Shown: positions 9,706 through 18,945, numbered from the stretch's first letter. The stretch is 64,000 nt of DNA from an uncultured Candidatus Saccharibacteria bacterium (GCA_964559765.1 CAZLHU010000001.1:75600-139599), one strand, 5' to 3'. Translations and numbers: made by a program. Notes: generated by a model not told the origin, from the letters alone.

Positions 9706-10629
9706 TTATTTGGACTTATTGAGATAGGCGTAGATGTTCAACACCGCCTTTATCGCATCGCCGGCGGACACGTTGTTCTGCTTGTACAGCACGTCGCATA
9801 CGTCTCCCGCAGCCCATACGCCCTCCAGCGAAGCGCGTTGGGTCCCCTTGTCCACTACGATCTCGCCAGCGGGATTCAACTGGACGACGTCTTTGACCAG
9901 CTCGGAATTGGGCACTATGCCTATCTCCACGAAAATTCCGTCCACCGCGAGCTCCCCCGCCTCATTCGCAGCTGTGTCCTGGTATTTTATGCCTGTTACA
10001 TACTCGTCACCGACGATTTCCTTGGTCTCGGCATTGAAATACATTTTGACCTTCGACTCCCTTGCAATCCTATCCTGAGTCACCTTGTCGCCCTTCAACG
10101 CAGCGCTGTGATGAATAAGGGTTATGCTTTTGGCATAAGGCAAAAGATCCACTACCGCTTCCAATGCGGAGTTGCCTCCACCGATCACCGCCACATCCTT
10201 ATTTTTGAAAATGGGCGCATCGCAGATCGAACAATAAGAGACCCCGTGCCCGTCGAATTTATCCTCGCCCGGCACACCGAGGCGCCGCCTGCGGCTTCCG
10301 CTCACTACCAGAACTGTTTTTGCGTCAAACGTCTTTCCGCCGGAAGTCTTAACCTGGAAACCGCCTTCCGTCTTAACGACCCCGATCGCTCTCTCTCCCT
10401 CAAGTATGTCTATGTCCTGATGGGCTTTAAGATGCTCTTCCAAAGCCTTCGCTAAGTCCAAGCCCGATATTGATTTGGTCCCTATCCAGTTTTGAATCTC
10501 GGCTGACACGATTGATTGCCCGCCGAAGGACTCGGCTATGAGCAATGTCTTGATCTTTTTGCGCTCGGCGTATATCCCGGCGGAGACTCCGGCCGGCCCG
10601 CCGCCGATGATTATAAGTTCGTAGTTCAT
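9706..10629 (-). CDS. trxB: Thioredoxin-disulfide reductase-like flavoprotein (redox-active CSIC motif)
   Basis: 307 aa with an IIGGGPAG FAD motif, a second GGGNSA NAD(P) motif and a CxxC redox centre that reads CSICD instead of the canonical CATCD. Confidence 0.75.
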   Translation of the reverse strand: MNYELIIIGGGPAGVSAGIYAERKKIKTLLIAESFGGQSIVSAEIQNWIGTKSISGLDLAKALEEHLKAHQDIDILEGERAIGVVKTEGGFQVKTSGGKTFDAKTVLVVSGSRRRRLGVPGEDKFDGHGVSYCSICDAPIFKNKDVAVIGGGNSALEAVVDLLPYAKSITLIHHSAALKGDKVTQDRIARESKVKMYFNAETKEIVGDEYVTGIKYQDTAANEAGELAVDGIFVEIGIVPNSELVKDVVQLNPAGEIVVDKGTQRASLEGVWAAGDVCDVLYKQNNVSAGDAIKAVLNIYAYLNKSK

Positions 10630-10697
10630 TGCCTTATATTATATCCCAGACCTGCAAGCGCTCCGCAAAGGAGCGCCCATGATTCGTTGTGCTGGGG

Positions 10698-10931
10698 CTA
10701 GCTCACCCCCAATTTCTTGGCTATAACGCCGCGATTGAAGCCCACGAAGATCTCCCCGTCGATGTCTATGACGGGTACGCCCAACTGATGGGATTTTTTG
10801 ACCATCTCCTCCACCAATTTTTCGTCTTTGGTCACATCTACGTCGATGTAGGGCAGGTTATATTTAGTGAAAAAGTCTTTGGCCATCTTGCAGTATACGC
10901 AGGTTGGCGTTGAATATATTTTTATTGCCAT
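10698..10931 (-). CDS. Glutaredoxin-like / NrdH-like small redoxin
   Basis: 77 aa with a thioredoxin fold and a CVYC active site (IYSTPTCVYCKMAKDF). Confidence 0.7.
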   Translation of the reverse strand: MAIKIYSTPTCVYCKMAKDFFTKYNLPYIDVDVTKDEKLVEEMVKKSHQLGVPVIDIDGEIFVGFNRGVIAKKLGVS

Positions 10932-10988
10932 TGATATAAAAATAGCCCTCTGGGGTGGGGCAAGTCAAGGGGATATATAAGGAATTGC

Positions 10989-11168
10989 TTATAACTTAGT
11001 TTCCGCCGGCGGTTTGTCGCCGAATAGCCACCACAACCCGCAGATCATGACCACCGCACCGGAGAAAACACTGCTCCAAAGGGTGCTTATCCCCAAAAAG
11101 GGCGCCAGCCACGGGGAGACCAGCGTCCAAAGCCCGATAACCAATATTACCCACCCTATCCGCTTCAT
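10989..11168 (-). CDS. Small SPW-repeat membrane peptide (missed by the ORF track; ~59 aa)
   Basis: My own translation gives MKRIGWVILVIGLWTLVSPWLAPFLGISTLWSSVFSGAVVMICGLWWLFGDKPPAETKL. It has two TM helices and an SPW motif. Coordinates are approximate (+/-3 nt). Confidence 0.35.
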   Translation of the reverse strand: MKRIGWVILVIGLWTLVSPWLAPFLGISTLWSSVFSGAVVMICGLWWLFGDKPPAETKL

Positions 11169-11184
11169 TAATAATTAAGTGCGT

Positions 11185-12090
11185 CTATTTGCCGGCCTTC
11201 TTTAAGGCGGCGTTTATTACCGTCTGGAAAGCGCTGAATGGCTCCGCCCCCTGCAACACCTGGCCGTTTACAGTGAAACTGGGCGTGGCCGCCTGCGGGA
11301 AGATGGAAGAGGCCTGTTTTATGTCACTCGCTATGAGGCTGCTGTACTTCTTGGAGTCGAAACAGCTGGTGAACTGACTCACATTCATGCCTAATTTGGT
11401 CGCTATCTGTATGAACACGTCTCGGGTCAAATCGCCTGAATTTTCGCCTGGATTAACCCCTTTGAACGCATATAAGGCATCGTGATACTCCCAGAACTTG
11501 TTCTGATCCATGGCGCAGCTTGCAGCCATAGCGGAATCCTCCGACTCATGCCCGCCCTGCACGAAATTGTCTATGACCACGAGGTTTTTGAACACCTCGC
11601 TCACCTGGCCAGAGGCCACGTATTGCTGCCTTATCAGTGGTTCGGTCTGATTGAAATATGCCTCGCAGAAGCTGCATTGATAGTCTCCGTATTCCACCAA
11701 TTGGACCGGAGCCTTTGGATTGCCCAAGACGACCTCGTTACCCACGGTGGTCTGGGGATAAGGCAGGCTGGTGACGAAATTGGGCATTGTTACGGCAGCG
11801 GTCGTGGTTGCGACTCCCGAAGGCTGAACCGCCGTGCCGCCAAACCTACCCGGCCCGAACACATACAGCATGGTCCCCGATATCAATACGGCCGCCACGA
11901 GTATGCTTATCGCAAGGAACCTATTTGTTCCCGCAGCGCTGTCTGTCTTGGCCACATTCGGCTCTTCTACAATTACATCCACTTCGACGTTAGGCTTATT
12001 TCCCAAATTAGAATCTTTATTTTCAGGCATAAGACGATTATATAATGCCCATATCTGTTTAACAATTTTATATGGGTATAGATACCACAA
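11185..12090 (-). CDS. DsbA-like thiol:disulfide oxidoreductase, membrane-anchored
   Basis: Thioredoxin-fold protein with a CSFC active site and an N-terminal TM anchor. The true start is probably the internal Met (MPENKD...). Confidence 0.7.
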   Translation of the reverse strand: MWYLYPYKIVKQIWALYNRLMPENKDSNLGNKPNVEVDVIVEEPNVAKTDSAAGTNRFLAISILVAAVLISGTMLYVFGPGRFGGTAVQPSGVATTTAAVTMPNFVTSLPYPQTTVGNEVVLGNPKAPVQLVEYGDYQCSFCEAYFNQTEPLIRQQYVASGQVSEVFKNLVVIDNFVQGGHESEDSAMAASCAMDQNKFWEYHDALYAFKGVNPGENSGDLTRDVFIQIATKLGMNVSQFTSCFDSKKYSSLIASDIKQASSIFPQAATPSFTVNGQVLQGAEPFSAFQTVINAALKKAGK

Positions 12091-12158
12091 ACCGCCCTTT
12101 CGGGCGGTTTGTGTTCTCCTTATACGCTAGGAGATAACGGTTCGGCAGATGTCTAAGG

Positions 12159-15100
12159 TTAGTCAGACAATCCGCTTAACACCGGTCCAGCGATTGGATA
12201 GGTGAGACCTGCTGGCAATGTGTTCAGATTGCTGCCGGTGGTGCTGGCACTGCCATCACCCCAGTACAATCCGGTAATTGACAACTGGTATGTCCCGTTG
12301 CTGTTTGTTGGAGCACCAGTATTGCTGGATGATACAAGCTTGAATGCCAAGTCATGTACCGAATTAGCTGGGATGTCCCAACCAGCAGCTGCGGTGGTCG
12401 TAGCTGCGGTTACGCCGCCAAGGAAGACCGTGCTTGTGGTTGAGCCACTTATCGTGACGGTGGTCGTGCCACTTGTGGTGACTAGATCAACGCCAGGATT
12501 TGCGACATCGACAAGCTGGAAGGTCATCTTGGTTCCGGACGTAGCTACCGCACCCAGGGTTTGACCAACGTCAATAGCCTGGAGGTAGATGTCTCCACCT
12601 GCTCCGGCTCCGAAGCCGAACTCTCCATCGATGTTACCAACTCCAGCTGCCGACGTGATTGCCGGTGGCTGTACTGCGGTAACTCCGGCCAAGAGCGAGC
12701 GGAACAAGGTTATAGTCTTGCCGTTCGGGCCCGTAGTGGATTCAGTGGATGTAGCAGACACACCCGTGGTCAGACTTGCATCGTATCCGATGATCTGGAA
12801 CGAGTGGGTGCTAGCCTCAGAACCGGCTGGCGCGCCGTTGTAGGTCGTAGAATTGCCGACCAATTCAATCTGCGCATAGCCGCTCTGTGGGACGACGATC
12901 GGAGTGCCGAACACGAATGTTGCGGTTCCGGAAGCCGCGCCGGTGGATATCAACGAAGGCTGTGTAGCCAAAGTTGCTCCATTGCTTACGATCGAGAAGT
13001 TGTTGAAGGCGCCTGGTACCGTGGTCGTGGTGTTATTGCCACTGCCAGTTGCGTCCAATACCGTAATTTGTGTAACGGTGACTGGGCCGGTAGCGGGAGC
13101 ATTCAAGCGGTAGATGCCCAAGGTGTTGGCTGATGTGCCCATGCCCATAGGTCCTGCCACTGGAGTGTTAGGATCGACGGATACGCTGGACAATAGCGAG
13201 CCCTGAGTAACTGTTACGAACTCTCCGGTAGCTGAAGCGGCGGCGGCATTGTTGCCGGCTGTCGCGTTCACGCTAGAGAGATTCGCCAAGATCGTGTTTG
13301 TTGTGGTTGCAGCTGAGTTCGAGAGTGACGCATATACATCGACGGTAACCGATCCATTTGGCTGGATGGTGGTCGGGGTAGATGCGTTAAACGTGTACGA
13401 ACTGCCCGCTGTTACGGATCCTGCTGGGGTTCCGATAGCGACTCCATTCACATCCACGGAAAGGTTTGAAAGCCATGCCGCTGGGACGGTTGAAGGAATA
13501 GCTATAACTATACCAGTCAAGATAGCTGGGTTGACCTGGCCTGCTTGCAAGATGAATGACGCAATCTTCGAAGGTGAGCCGGCTGACAAAACTGGAGTCC
13601 CGAAGGATCCGTTTTGATATCCGGTCAAGTTCGATGAGTTGGCCAATACCTGCAATGTCGGCGAGGACTGATTGGACGGTCCGACGGTCGCATAATTGGA
13701 CTGCGACTGGCCGGTTACGGCCACAGTAGAGCCAATTGATCCGACAGCCGACACGGTGCCCTGGACCGTTAAGGTCTCAGTGCTGCCCGACGGAATGATG
13801 TAGTTCAGGTTAGAGAACGTCACGGTTCCGTCAGCCGCCATAGATGACTGAGTCGTTCCAAGCTGGGTACCGTTGATCAAAACCTGGACGTTTGTGGCAG
13901 CAGAGCTACCAGTCAACGTTAATACCAAGGTCTGCAAGCGGATATTGTCACCCGAAGCTAGAACGGTGAAAGTACCGAAAAGCGAATTGGAGTTGCCTAC
14001 AACTGCATACAAAGATGTAGAAGAGGCCGAATTAACTACCAATCCACCTGCGGCTACGGTCACATAGGACAGATTCTCGACGAACGACTGGCCCGATATG
14101 GCGGTTGCGCCAATACCGACACCATATGCGTTGTCGACAGCCTGGATGTCCGAAGCCTGCTGTACGGTGAACTGGAAGTTATCGCTAACCCCACCCGTAA
14201 CATCAGCATAGAGCGATAATGTCGCCGTCTGCCCGGAAGCGAGCATCAAAGGTGCCGCCGAAAGGTCAAACTGAGCGATGTTGCCGTTCAAGGTAGAGAG
14301 CACAGCTCCCTCCTGCGTGCCGCTGTTGGACAAATAGATGTTCTGGATGTCATTGGTCGGCTCGCTGCCGGTCATGGTGAATCGAAGGCTGGTTACCTTG
14401 ACCGGGTTATTGCCCGCCTGCAAGGTGAACTGGCCTACGAGGTTGTTCTCCTGACCAGCGTTGATTGTCGTGCTGGCGCTGATGTTGTCAAAGGTTAACG
14501 TAGCCAAATTGCTGACGTTAGCCAATGTCATCGGGCTGCCAGTCAATGGGAAATTCCCAGCGACAGATACACCGCCGGCCGTCACTACATCGGAAGCCGC
14601 TGGAAGCGAGAGTTCGATGATGTGGCTGGCGCTAGTAGAAGCGTTGTAGACGTCCGCGGTCACTGTGACAGTGGAAGTCTGACCGGCGCTAACCGTAAAG
14701 AGTCCCGTTCCACTTGTGAACGTGATAGCTCCGTTGGAAATGCTCTGGTCGGTTGAAATGCGGGCTCCGCCCTGGTAGAGGTAGACATTCTGGAGGTCAG
14801 CGTCCTGGGACAATCCCGAGCGCTGTACCGTCACTGTATCTACTGTTACCGCTTGTGAGCCAGCTGTGAAGTTTAAGGCCAACATTGGGACGCTAACTGC
14901 GCCGACGGCAATATTGCCGGCAACTGGGTTATTCGAAGCCAATGAGACGCTTACACCGCTACCCGCTGGAACGACTGTCGTTCCGTTGCCGGTGGTGGTG
15001 GTTGTGGTTGTGGTGGTAGTAGTTGTAGTGCTGCTAGCCGCCAACGCTGCGCGAGTTAATGGGCCGAAGAATCCTGAGGCTGGAGAGACTCCATTAGCAG

Positions 15101-15455
15101 CCTGCCACTTGGCCAAGGCCGCTTTGGTCGCTGCGCCAAAGTAATTCGTCGGTGCTGAAACTGCTGTAAGGTAGCTTCCGTTGATCAAGAGCTGTTGAAG
15201 GGCTCCTACGTCTGCTCCTGTCGAACCCACTGTGAGGTTGCGGGTGAAGTTGTAAGACGAAGAAGGAGCGCTCGAAGAAGTTCCGAGCGAAGCCTTCAAA
15301 GTGTTGATCTCGGCCATCAAAGCATTGATTTGAGCCTGGACGCTAGAAGTCGTCTGCGCTCCCACTGCTGGGACCATTACAAACGAGCTAGACAAAAGCC
15401 AGGCAACCGTTGCCAAAGAAAGCCCGAGGGCTGCCACTTTGTTTAGATTTTTCAT
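12159..15455 (-). CDS. Giant secreted surface protein: signal peptide, short coiled coil, PG-binding (PG_binding_1-like) domain, poly-Thr linker, ~900 aa S/T/G/A/V/N-rich beta-strand region
   Basis: 1098-aa ORF. The N-terminal signal peptide is MKNLNKVAALGLSLATVAWLLSS. The segment LTVGSTGADVGALQQLL...YFGAATKAALAKWQAANGV...GPLTRAAL matches the peptidoglycan-binding domain consensus, and a run of 13 consecutive Thr follows. The rest is low-complexity and rich in short strand-like T/V/S repeats, typical of adhesin or S-layer-like fibrils. Confidence 0.75.
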   Translation of the reverse strand: MKNLNKVAALGLSLATVAWLLSSSFVMVPAVGAQTTSSVQAQINALMAEINTLKASLGTSSSAPSSSYNFTRNLTVGSTGADVGALQQLLINGSYLTAVSAPTNYFGAATKAALAKWQAANGVSPASGFFGPLTRAALAASSTTTTTTTTTTTTTGNGTTVVPAGSGVSVSLASNNPVAGNIAVGAVSVPMLALNFTAGSQAVTVDTVTVQRSGLSQDADLQNVYLYQGGARISTDQSISNGAITFTSGTGLFTVSAGQTSTVTVTADVYNASTSASHIIELSLPAASDVVTAGGVSVAGNFPLTGSPMTLANVSNLATLTFDNISASTTINAGQENNLVGQFTLQAGNNPVKVTSLRFTMTGSEPTNDIQNIYLSNSGTQEGAVLSTLNGNIAQFDLSAAPLMLASGQTATLSLYADVTGGVSDNFQFTVQQASDIQAVDNAYGVGIGATAISGQSFVENLSYVTVAAGGLVVNSASSTSLYAVVGNSNSLFGTFTVLASGDNIRLQTLVLTLTGSSAATNVQVLINGTQLGTTQSSMAADGTVTFSNLNYIIPSGSTETLTVQGTVSAVGSIGSTVAVTGQSQSNYATVGPSNQSSPTLQVLANSSNLTGYQNGSFGTPVLSAGSPSKIASFILQAGQVNPAILTGIVIAIPSTVPAAWLSNLSVDVNGVAIGTPAGSVTAGSSYTFNASTPTTIQPNGSVTVDVYASLSNSAATTTNTILANLSSVNATAGNNAAAASATGEFVTVTQGSLLSSVSVDPNTPVAGPMGMGTSANTLGIYRLNAPATGPVTVTQITVLDATGSGNNTTTTVPGAFNNFSIVSNGATLATQPSLISTGAASGTATFVFGTPIVVPQSGYAQIELVGNSTTYNGAPAGSEASTHSFQIIGYDASLTTGVSATSTESTTGPNGKTITLFRSLLAGVTAVQPPAITSAAGVGNIDGEFGFGAGAGGDIYLQAIDVGQTLGAVATSGTKMTFQLVDVANPGVDLVTTSGTTTVTISGSTTSTVFLGGVTAATTTAAAGWDIPANSVHDLAFKLVSSSNTGAPTNSNGTYQLSITGLYWGDGSASTTGSNLNTLPAGLTYPIAGPVLSGLSD
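14990..15040 (-). repeat. Triplet tandem repeat (ACC/ACT/ACA)n encoding poly-Thr13 in the surface protein
   Basis: The plus strand reads ggtggtggtggttgtggttgtggtggtagtagttgtagt. The antisense frame gives the V13 run visible in a spurious ORF-track entry. Confidence 0.8.
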
Positions 15456-15876
15456 TCGACTTTAATTTGTTTAATTTCGATTTGTGTTTTGAACCTTTGT
15501 TCTTCTTAACCAATCGTAGCTGCTGCTTCGATCGGATATAGGGAAGAGCAAGGTTCTTCCGGAAGATCGTCCGCTTGCGTCACCATCGACCGGCTTCCCA
15601 ACTCGTGAGGCGTGGGCTAACCAATGGCCGCAGACAATCCTAGAAACTTGTTAATTGGGCTGATCATTTGCCTGAAATCCAGACAAATTAAAAGCCCCAC
15701 AGGTGTGAGGCATTGGAAATCGCTAAATGCGACCATAACTACGAAAATCTTTCGGCTCGCCTCACACAAGCCTTATTCGATTATAACGTAGGCGGCTGGG
15801 CCTTGCAACAGAATAAATTGTGGATTGTCCCATTGCGGAGAACACAGCCTAGCAGGGAATCTTATCCCCTACTAAC

Positions 15877-16653
15877 TTATAACGCTATTATTCCCCGCTT
15901 CGTTACTCCCCCAGAGGAAGAATTTACAGTCCCGTCAGAGGTTGACCCAAAGCCGTCCCTAGACACATCAACAAACATCTTATTTTTGACCCTGTAATAG
16001 CTAAATGGTCCCTGTATGGCCCCGAATCGCTCTATGGAGTTATTCGAGATAAGCGCTTGTAGATCATTTCTTAGCGTTCTTTCGCTTACGCTTGGGAATT
16101 TCTCGATCATATCCTTCATTCGGCAACCATTCGGCAAACCCTTTATAAACTGTAGTATTGCCGATTGCCGATTGCCTGCTTGATTGGTATCCAGGGAGGA
16201 TGGCTTGGTAAATTTAATAGCTTCGGGGGAGGTGGGTTTGGGTTCTGAACGCACTTCCGATTTGTTGGCTTGCCCAGTCGGGAATCCCATGATTGGTTTA
16301 CTTGCCTCAGTTTTATCGTCTTTGCCGAACATAGCCTCCAAGTCGACATCTTCAACGCCGTCCGCCAATTGGTCTACCGCCGATTTTAGGTTCGATAATT
16401 CGCGTATAAGCACCTTGCTGTTCAACGGCTTTATCTCGCCGACCGCTTCGGCAAGACGCACCAGTTGCTCTAGTTCATTTATGGAAACAAGCGCGTCGTT
16501 TATGCCGGATACGGATTTGACCGTCAGGTTAACCGATGCCGATTCAAGGGCGGCGCGCAGCACGGGCTGGTCGATCAAAGCGCACACTCGGAAAACGGCG
16601 AAGGATATCTCTCTGGCGTGATCGGAAATGTTTGGCCTGTCTGCCTTGTTCAT
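15877..16653 (-). CDS. Hypothetical regulator: N-terminal helical bundle, S/T/P-rich linker, C-terminal winged-helix (DeoR/HTH_11-like) DNA-binding domain
   Basis: The C-terminal segment NRQSAILQFIKGLPNGCRMKDMIEKFPSVSERTLRNDLQALISNNSIERFG looks like a wHTH. The protein lies directly upstream of the giant surface protein gene on the same strand, separated by ~420 nt. Confidence 0.45.
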   Translation of the reverse strand: MNKADRPNISDHAREISFAVFRVCALIDQPVLRAALESASVNLTVKSVSGINDALVSINELEQLVRLAEAVGEIKPLNSKVLIRELSNLKSAVDQLADGVEDVDLEAMFGKDDKTEASKPIMGFPTGQANKSEVRSEPKPTSPEAIKFTKPSSLDTNQAGNRQSAILQFIKGLPNGCRMKDMIEKFPSVSERTLRNDLQALISNNSIERFGAIQGPFSYYRVKNKMFVDVSRDGFGSTSDGTVNSSSGGVTKRGIIAL

Positions 16654-16764
16654 CGATAGGAAGAATAGGATTCAATCGGCAATCCTGTCAAACAACAGAA
16701 TATTTTCGGCGATGTCCATAAAATATTAATGACTAAACCCCGGCATAGGAATAAAATATAACTG

Positions 16765-18306
16765 ATGAACCGGAGAACAGTCGTAATGGTGGTCTTGGAC
16801 GGTTGGGGCATAGGACGAAAGGACTCGTCCAATCCGATCTACATAGCTAAACCTCAGACCATTGAGTGGATAAAACATAATCATTACAGCGGATCGCTCC
16901 AGGCCTCGGGCATTGCCGTCGGCCTACCCTGGCAAGAAGAAGGCAACTCCGAGGTTGGACACTTGACCCTTGGAGCGGGAAGGGTGATCTATCAATCCTT
17001 TCCTCGGATAACTCTGGCGATAAGGAACGGGAGTTTTTTCAACAATCCAATACTACTCGCGTCGGTGCAGCACAGCATAAGCAATAATTCCCGCATACAC
17101 CTAGTCGGACTTATGTCCGAGGGAAACGTGCATTCCTCTTTCGAACATCTTCAGGCCCTGATCCATATGGTCAAACAGGCGGGCATCGCCAACGAACGTT
17201 TGAACTTGCATCTCTTTACCGACGGCGTAGACGGACACCAAAGAGGAGCGATGCAGCTGTTGGAAAAATTGACCACCGACAACCCGGGCTTGCGGATAGC
17301 AAGCATATCCGGAAGATATTTCGCCATGGACCGAGATCTCCATATGGACCGCACGGAAAAGACTTATGACGTTATAACCGGATCGCAATCGGCCAACCGC
17401 GTTAAGGATAAGAGCGCTTCCCAGTATATATCCGAGTTTTATATGAACGGCCTTACCGATGAGTTTATAGATCCCGCTCTGCTTATGGAGGACGGGGCCG
17501 TAGAAAAGAATGACAGCGTTATTATGTTCAACTTCCGCGAGGACAGCATTCGCCAGCTGACAGAAATGCTGATCGGGTCCAAAATCCCTGGGGTTTTGCT
17601 GACTACTTTCACCACCTACAGTCAGAAGTTCAGTCTGCCTGTGGCCTTTCCGCAGGAGAATATAGACAACCCCTTGGGCAGAGTGTTGTCGGACAACGGA
17701 CGCATACAATTGAGGCTGGCGGAATCGGAAAGATATGCCCATGTTACCTACTACTTCAACGGCTATCGGGAGCCGCCTTTCAAAAACGAATATCGGGCAG
17801 TAATCCCCTCCCGGAGCACCGCCCGGCCAGAAGAGTTTCCCGAACTCATGGCGCCTGAGATAACAGGAAGAGCGGTATCGGCAATAGGCGAACGCGCTTA
17901 TGATTTCATCCTAATAAACTACGCCAATCCCGACATAATGGCCCATGCCGGAAACTTTGACGCGGCGGTCAAGGCAATAAAGATAGTCGACGCCCAAGTT
18001 GCCGAGTTAGTTAAGGCGATATACGCATCTGACGGGATATTGATCATCACGTCGGACCACGGCAATGTGGAAAAGATGATTGACCCGCTAACCGGAATGA
18101 TCGAAACACAGCACAACGACAGCCCCGTACCCATATATATAGTGGCGAAGGAGTGGGAACATCCCCGCGACGAAATGAATGTGGAGATCGGGGAAAGGGA
18201 AAGCATCGGCGTATTGGCCGATGTCGCACCTTCGATCCTGGAAATCCTGGGATTGCCGCAGCCGCCCGAAATGACCGGGATCAGCCTGATGAAATACCTC
18301 AGATAG
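16765..18306 (+). CDS. gpmI: 2,3-bisphosphoglycerate-independent phosphoglycerate mutase
   Basis: 513 aa. Full-length iPGM homology, including the N-terminal VLDGWG motif and the metal-binding TSDHGN motif. Confidence 0.9.
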   Translation: MNRRTVVMVVLDGWGIGRKDSSNPIYIAKPQTIEWIKHNHYSGSLQASGIAVGLPWQEEGNSEVGHLTLGAGRVIYQSFPRITLAIRNGSFFNNPILLASVQHSISNNSRIHLVGLMSEGNVHSSFEHLQALIHMVKQAGIANERLNLHLFTDGVDGHQRGAMQLLEKLTTDNPGLRIASISGRYFAMDRDLHMDRTEKTYDVITGSQSANRVKDKSASQYISEFYMNGLTDEFIDPALLMEDGAVEKNDSVIMFNFREDSIRQLTEMLIGSKIPGVLLTTFTTYSQKFSLPVAFPQENIDNPLGRVLSDNGRIQLRLAESERYAHVTYYFNGYREPPFKNEYRAVIPSRSTARPEEFPELMAPEITGRAVSAIGERAYDFILINYANPDIMAHAGNFDAAVKAIKIVDAQVAELVKAIYASDGILIITSDHGNVEKMIDPLTGMIETQHNDSPVPIYIVAKEWEHPRDEMNVEIGERESIGVLADVAPSILEILGLPQPPEMTGISLMKYLR

Positions 18307-18363
18307 CCATCTTTCCCGTTGCTTTTGATAAAGGCCGCAACATGAGCTAGATTTAAACAGGAG

Positions 18364-18708
18364 ATGAAGGTTATAACCAAATTTATCGCAGGAATAGTCG
18401 CCAACGGCGTCGGGCTGTACCTTGTCGGACGCTATGTCCCCGGAGCCCATATCCCCTTCGCTCTCGATGGATTAATAGTGGCGGCATTCATCCTGACGCT
18501 GATAAACTTCATCATCGGACCGATCCTCAAGATATTGCTCTCTCCCTTAATTTTCATCACTCTCGGACTTGCTGGATTGCTCGTAAACGGGATCACTCTA
18601 TATATACTTACCCGCATATTGCCTACAGTAAGTTTCGGTGGACTTGTCTCGTTGGCCTATGCTACCATCATCCTAACCTTGATCAACATGGCCGTTCACC
18701 TGGCCTAA
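18364..18708 (+). CDS. Small 4-TM membrane protein, phage-holin-4_2/DUF360-like family
   Basis: 114-aa hydrophobic protein with G-rich helices. Its stop abuts the secG start. Confidence 0.5.
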   Translation: MKVITKFIAGIVANGVGLYLVGRYVPGAHIPFALDGLIVAAFILTLINFIIGPILKILLSPLIFITLGLAGLLVNGITLYILTRILPTVSFGGLVSLAYATIILTLINMAVHLA

Positions 18709-18945
18709 TTGGCTCTAAATAGAATGAGTTATATAAATATTGCCCAAATTATCGTTTCCATAGTGCTTGTCGTCCTCATCCTGCTGCAGGAGAGGGAGTC
18801 GGGACTTTCCGGCTTATTTGGAGGTGGCGACATGGGCGGGGTATATCAGGCCCGCCGCGGCGTCGAGAAGATACTCTTCTATGCGACCATCGTAACGATA
18901 GTAGTTTTCGTTGCCTTATCGGTGATAAACCTTATCAAGTCATAA
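18709..18945 (+). CDS. secG: Preprotein translocase subunit SecG
   Basis: 78 aa with two TM helices and the SecG signature LLQE...GLSGLFGGG. Confidence 0.75.
   Translation: MALNRMSYINIAQIIVSIVLVVLILLQERESGLSGLFGGGDMGGVYQARRGVEKILFYATIVTIVVFVALSVINLIKS

Noticed and set aside
9466-10455. 329-aa plus-strand ORF antisense to trxB
   Set aside because: The minus-strand frame has unambiguous thioredoxin-reductase motifs. The plus frame is an artefact of a long open antisense frame.
14990-15040. Possible CRISPR or minisatellite
   Set aside because: It is a short in-frame codon repeat inside a CDS, not spaced direct repeats with unique spacers. No CRISPR array or cas genes are present anywhere in the window.
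12202-15446. Numerous plus-strand ORFs inside the giant surface-protein gene (including the V13 run at 14866..15144)
   Set aside because: These are antisense readings of a low-complexity gene. The poly-Val is simply the reverse complement of the poly-Thr codon repeat.
17101-17742. 213-aa minus-strand ORF inside gpmI
   Set aside because: It is antisense to a strongly supported phosphoglycerate mutase gene.
18364-18708. Holin-family membrane protein as evidence of a prophage
   Set aside because: No capsid, tail, integrase, terminase or lysin genes are nearby. DUF360/holin-4_2-like proteins are widespread chromosomal membrane proteins, and it is followed immediately by secG.
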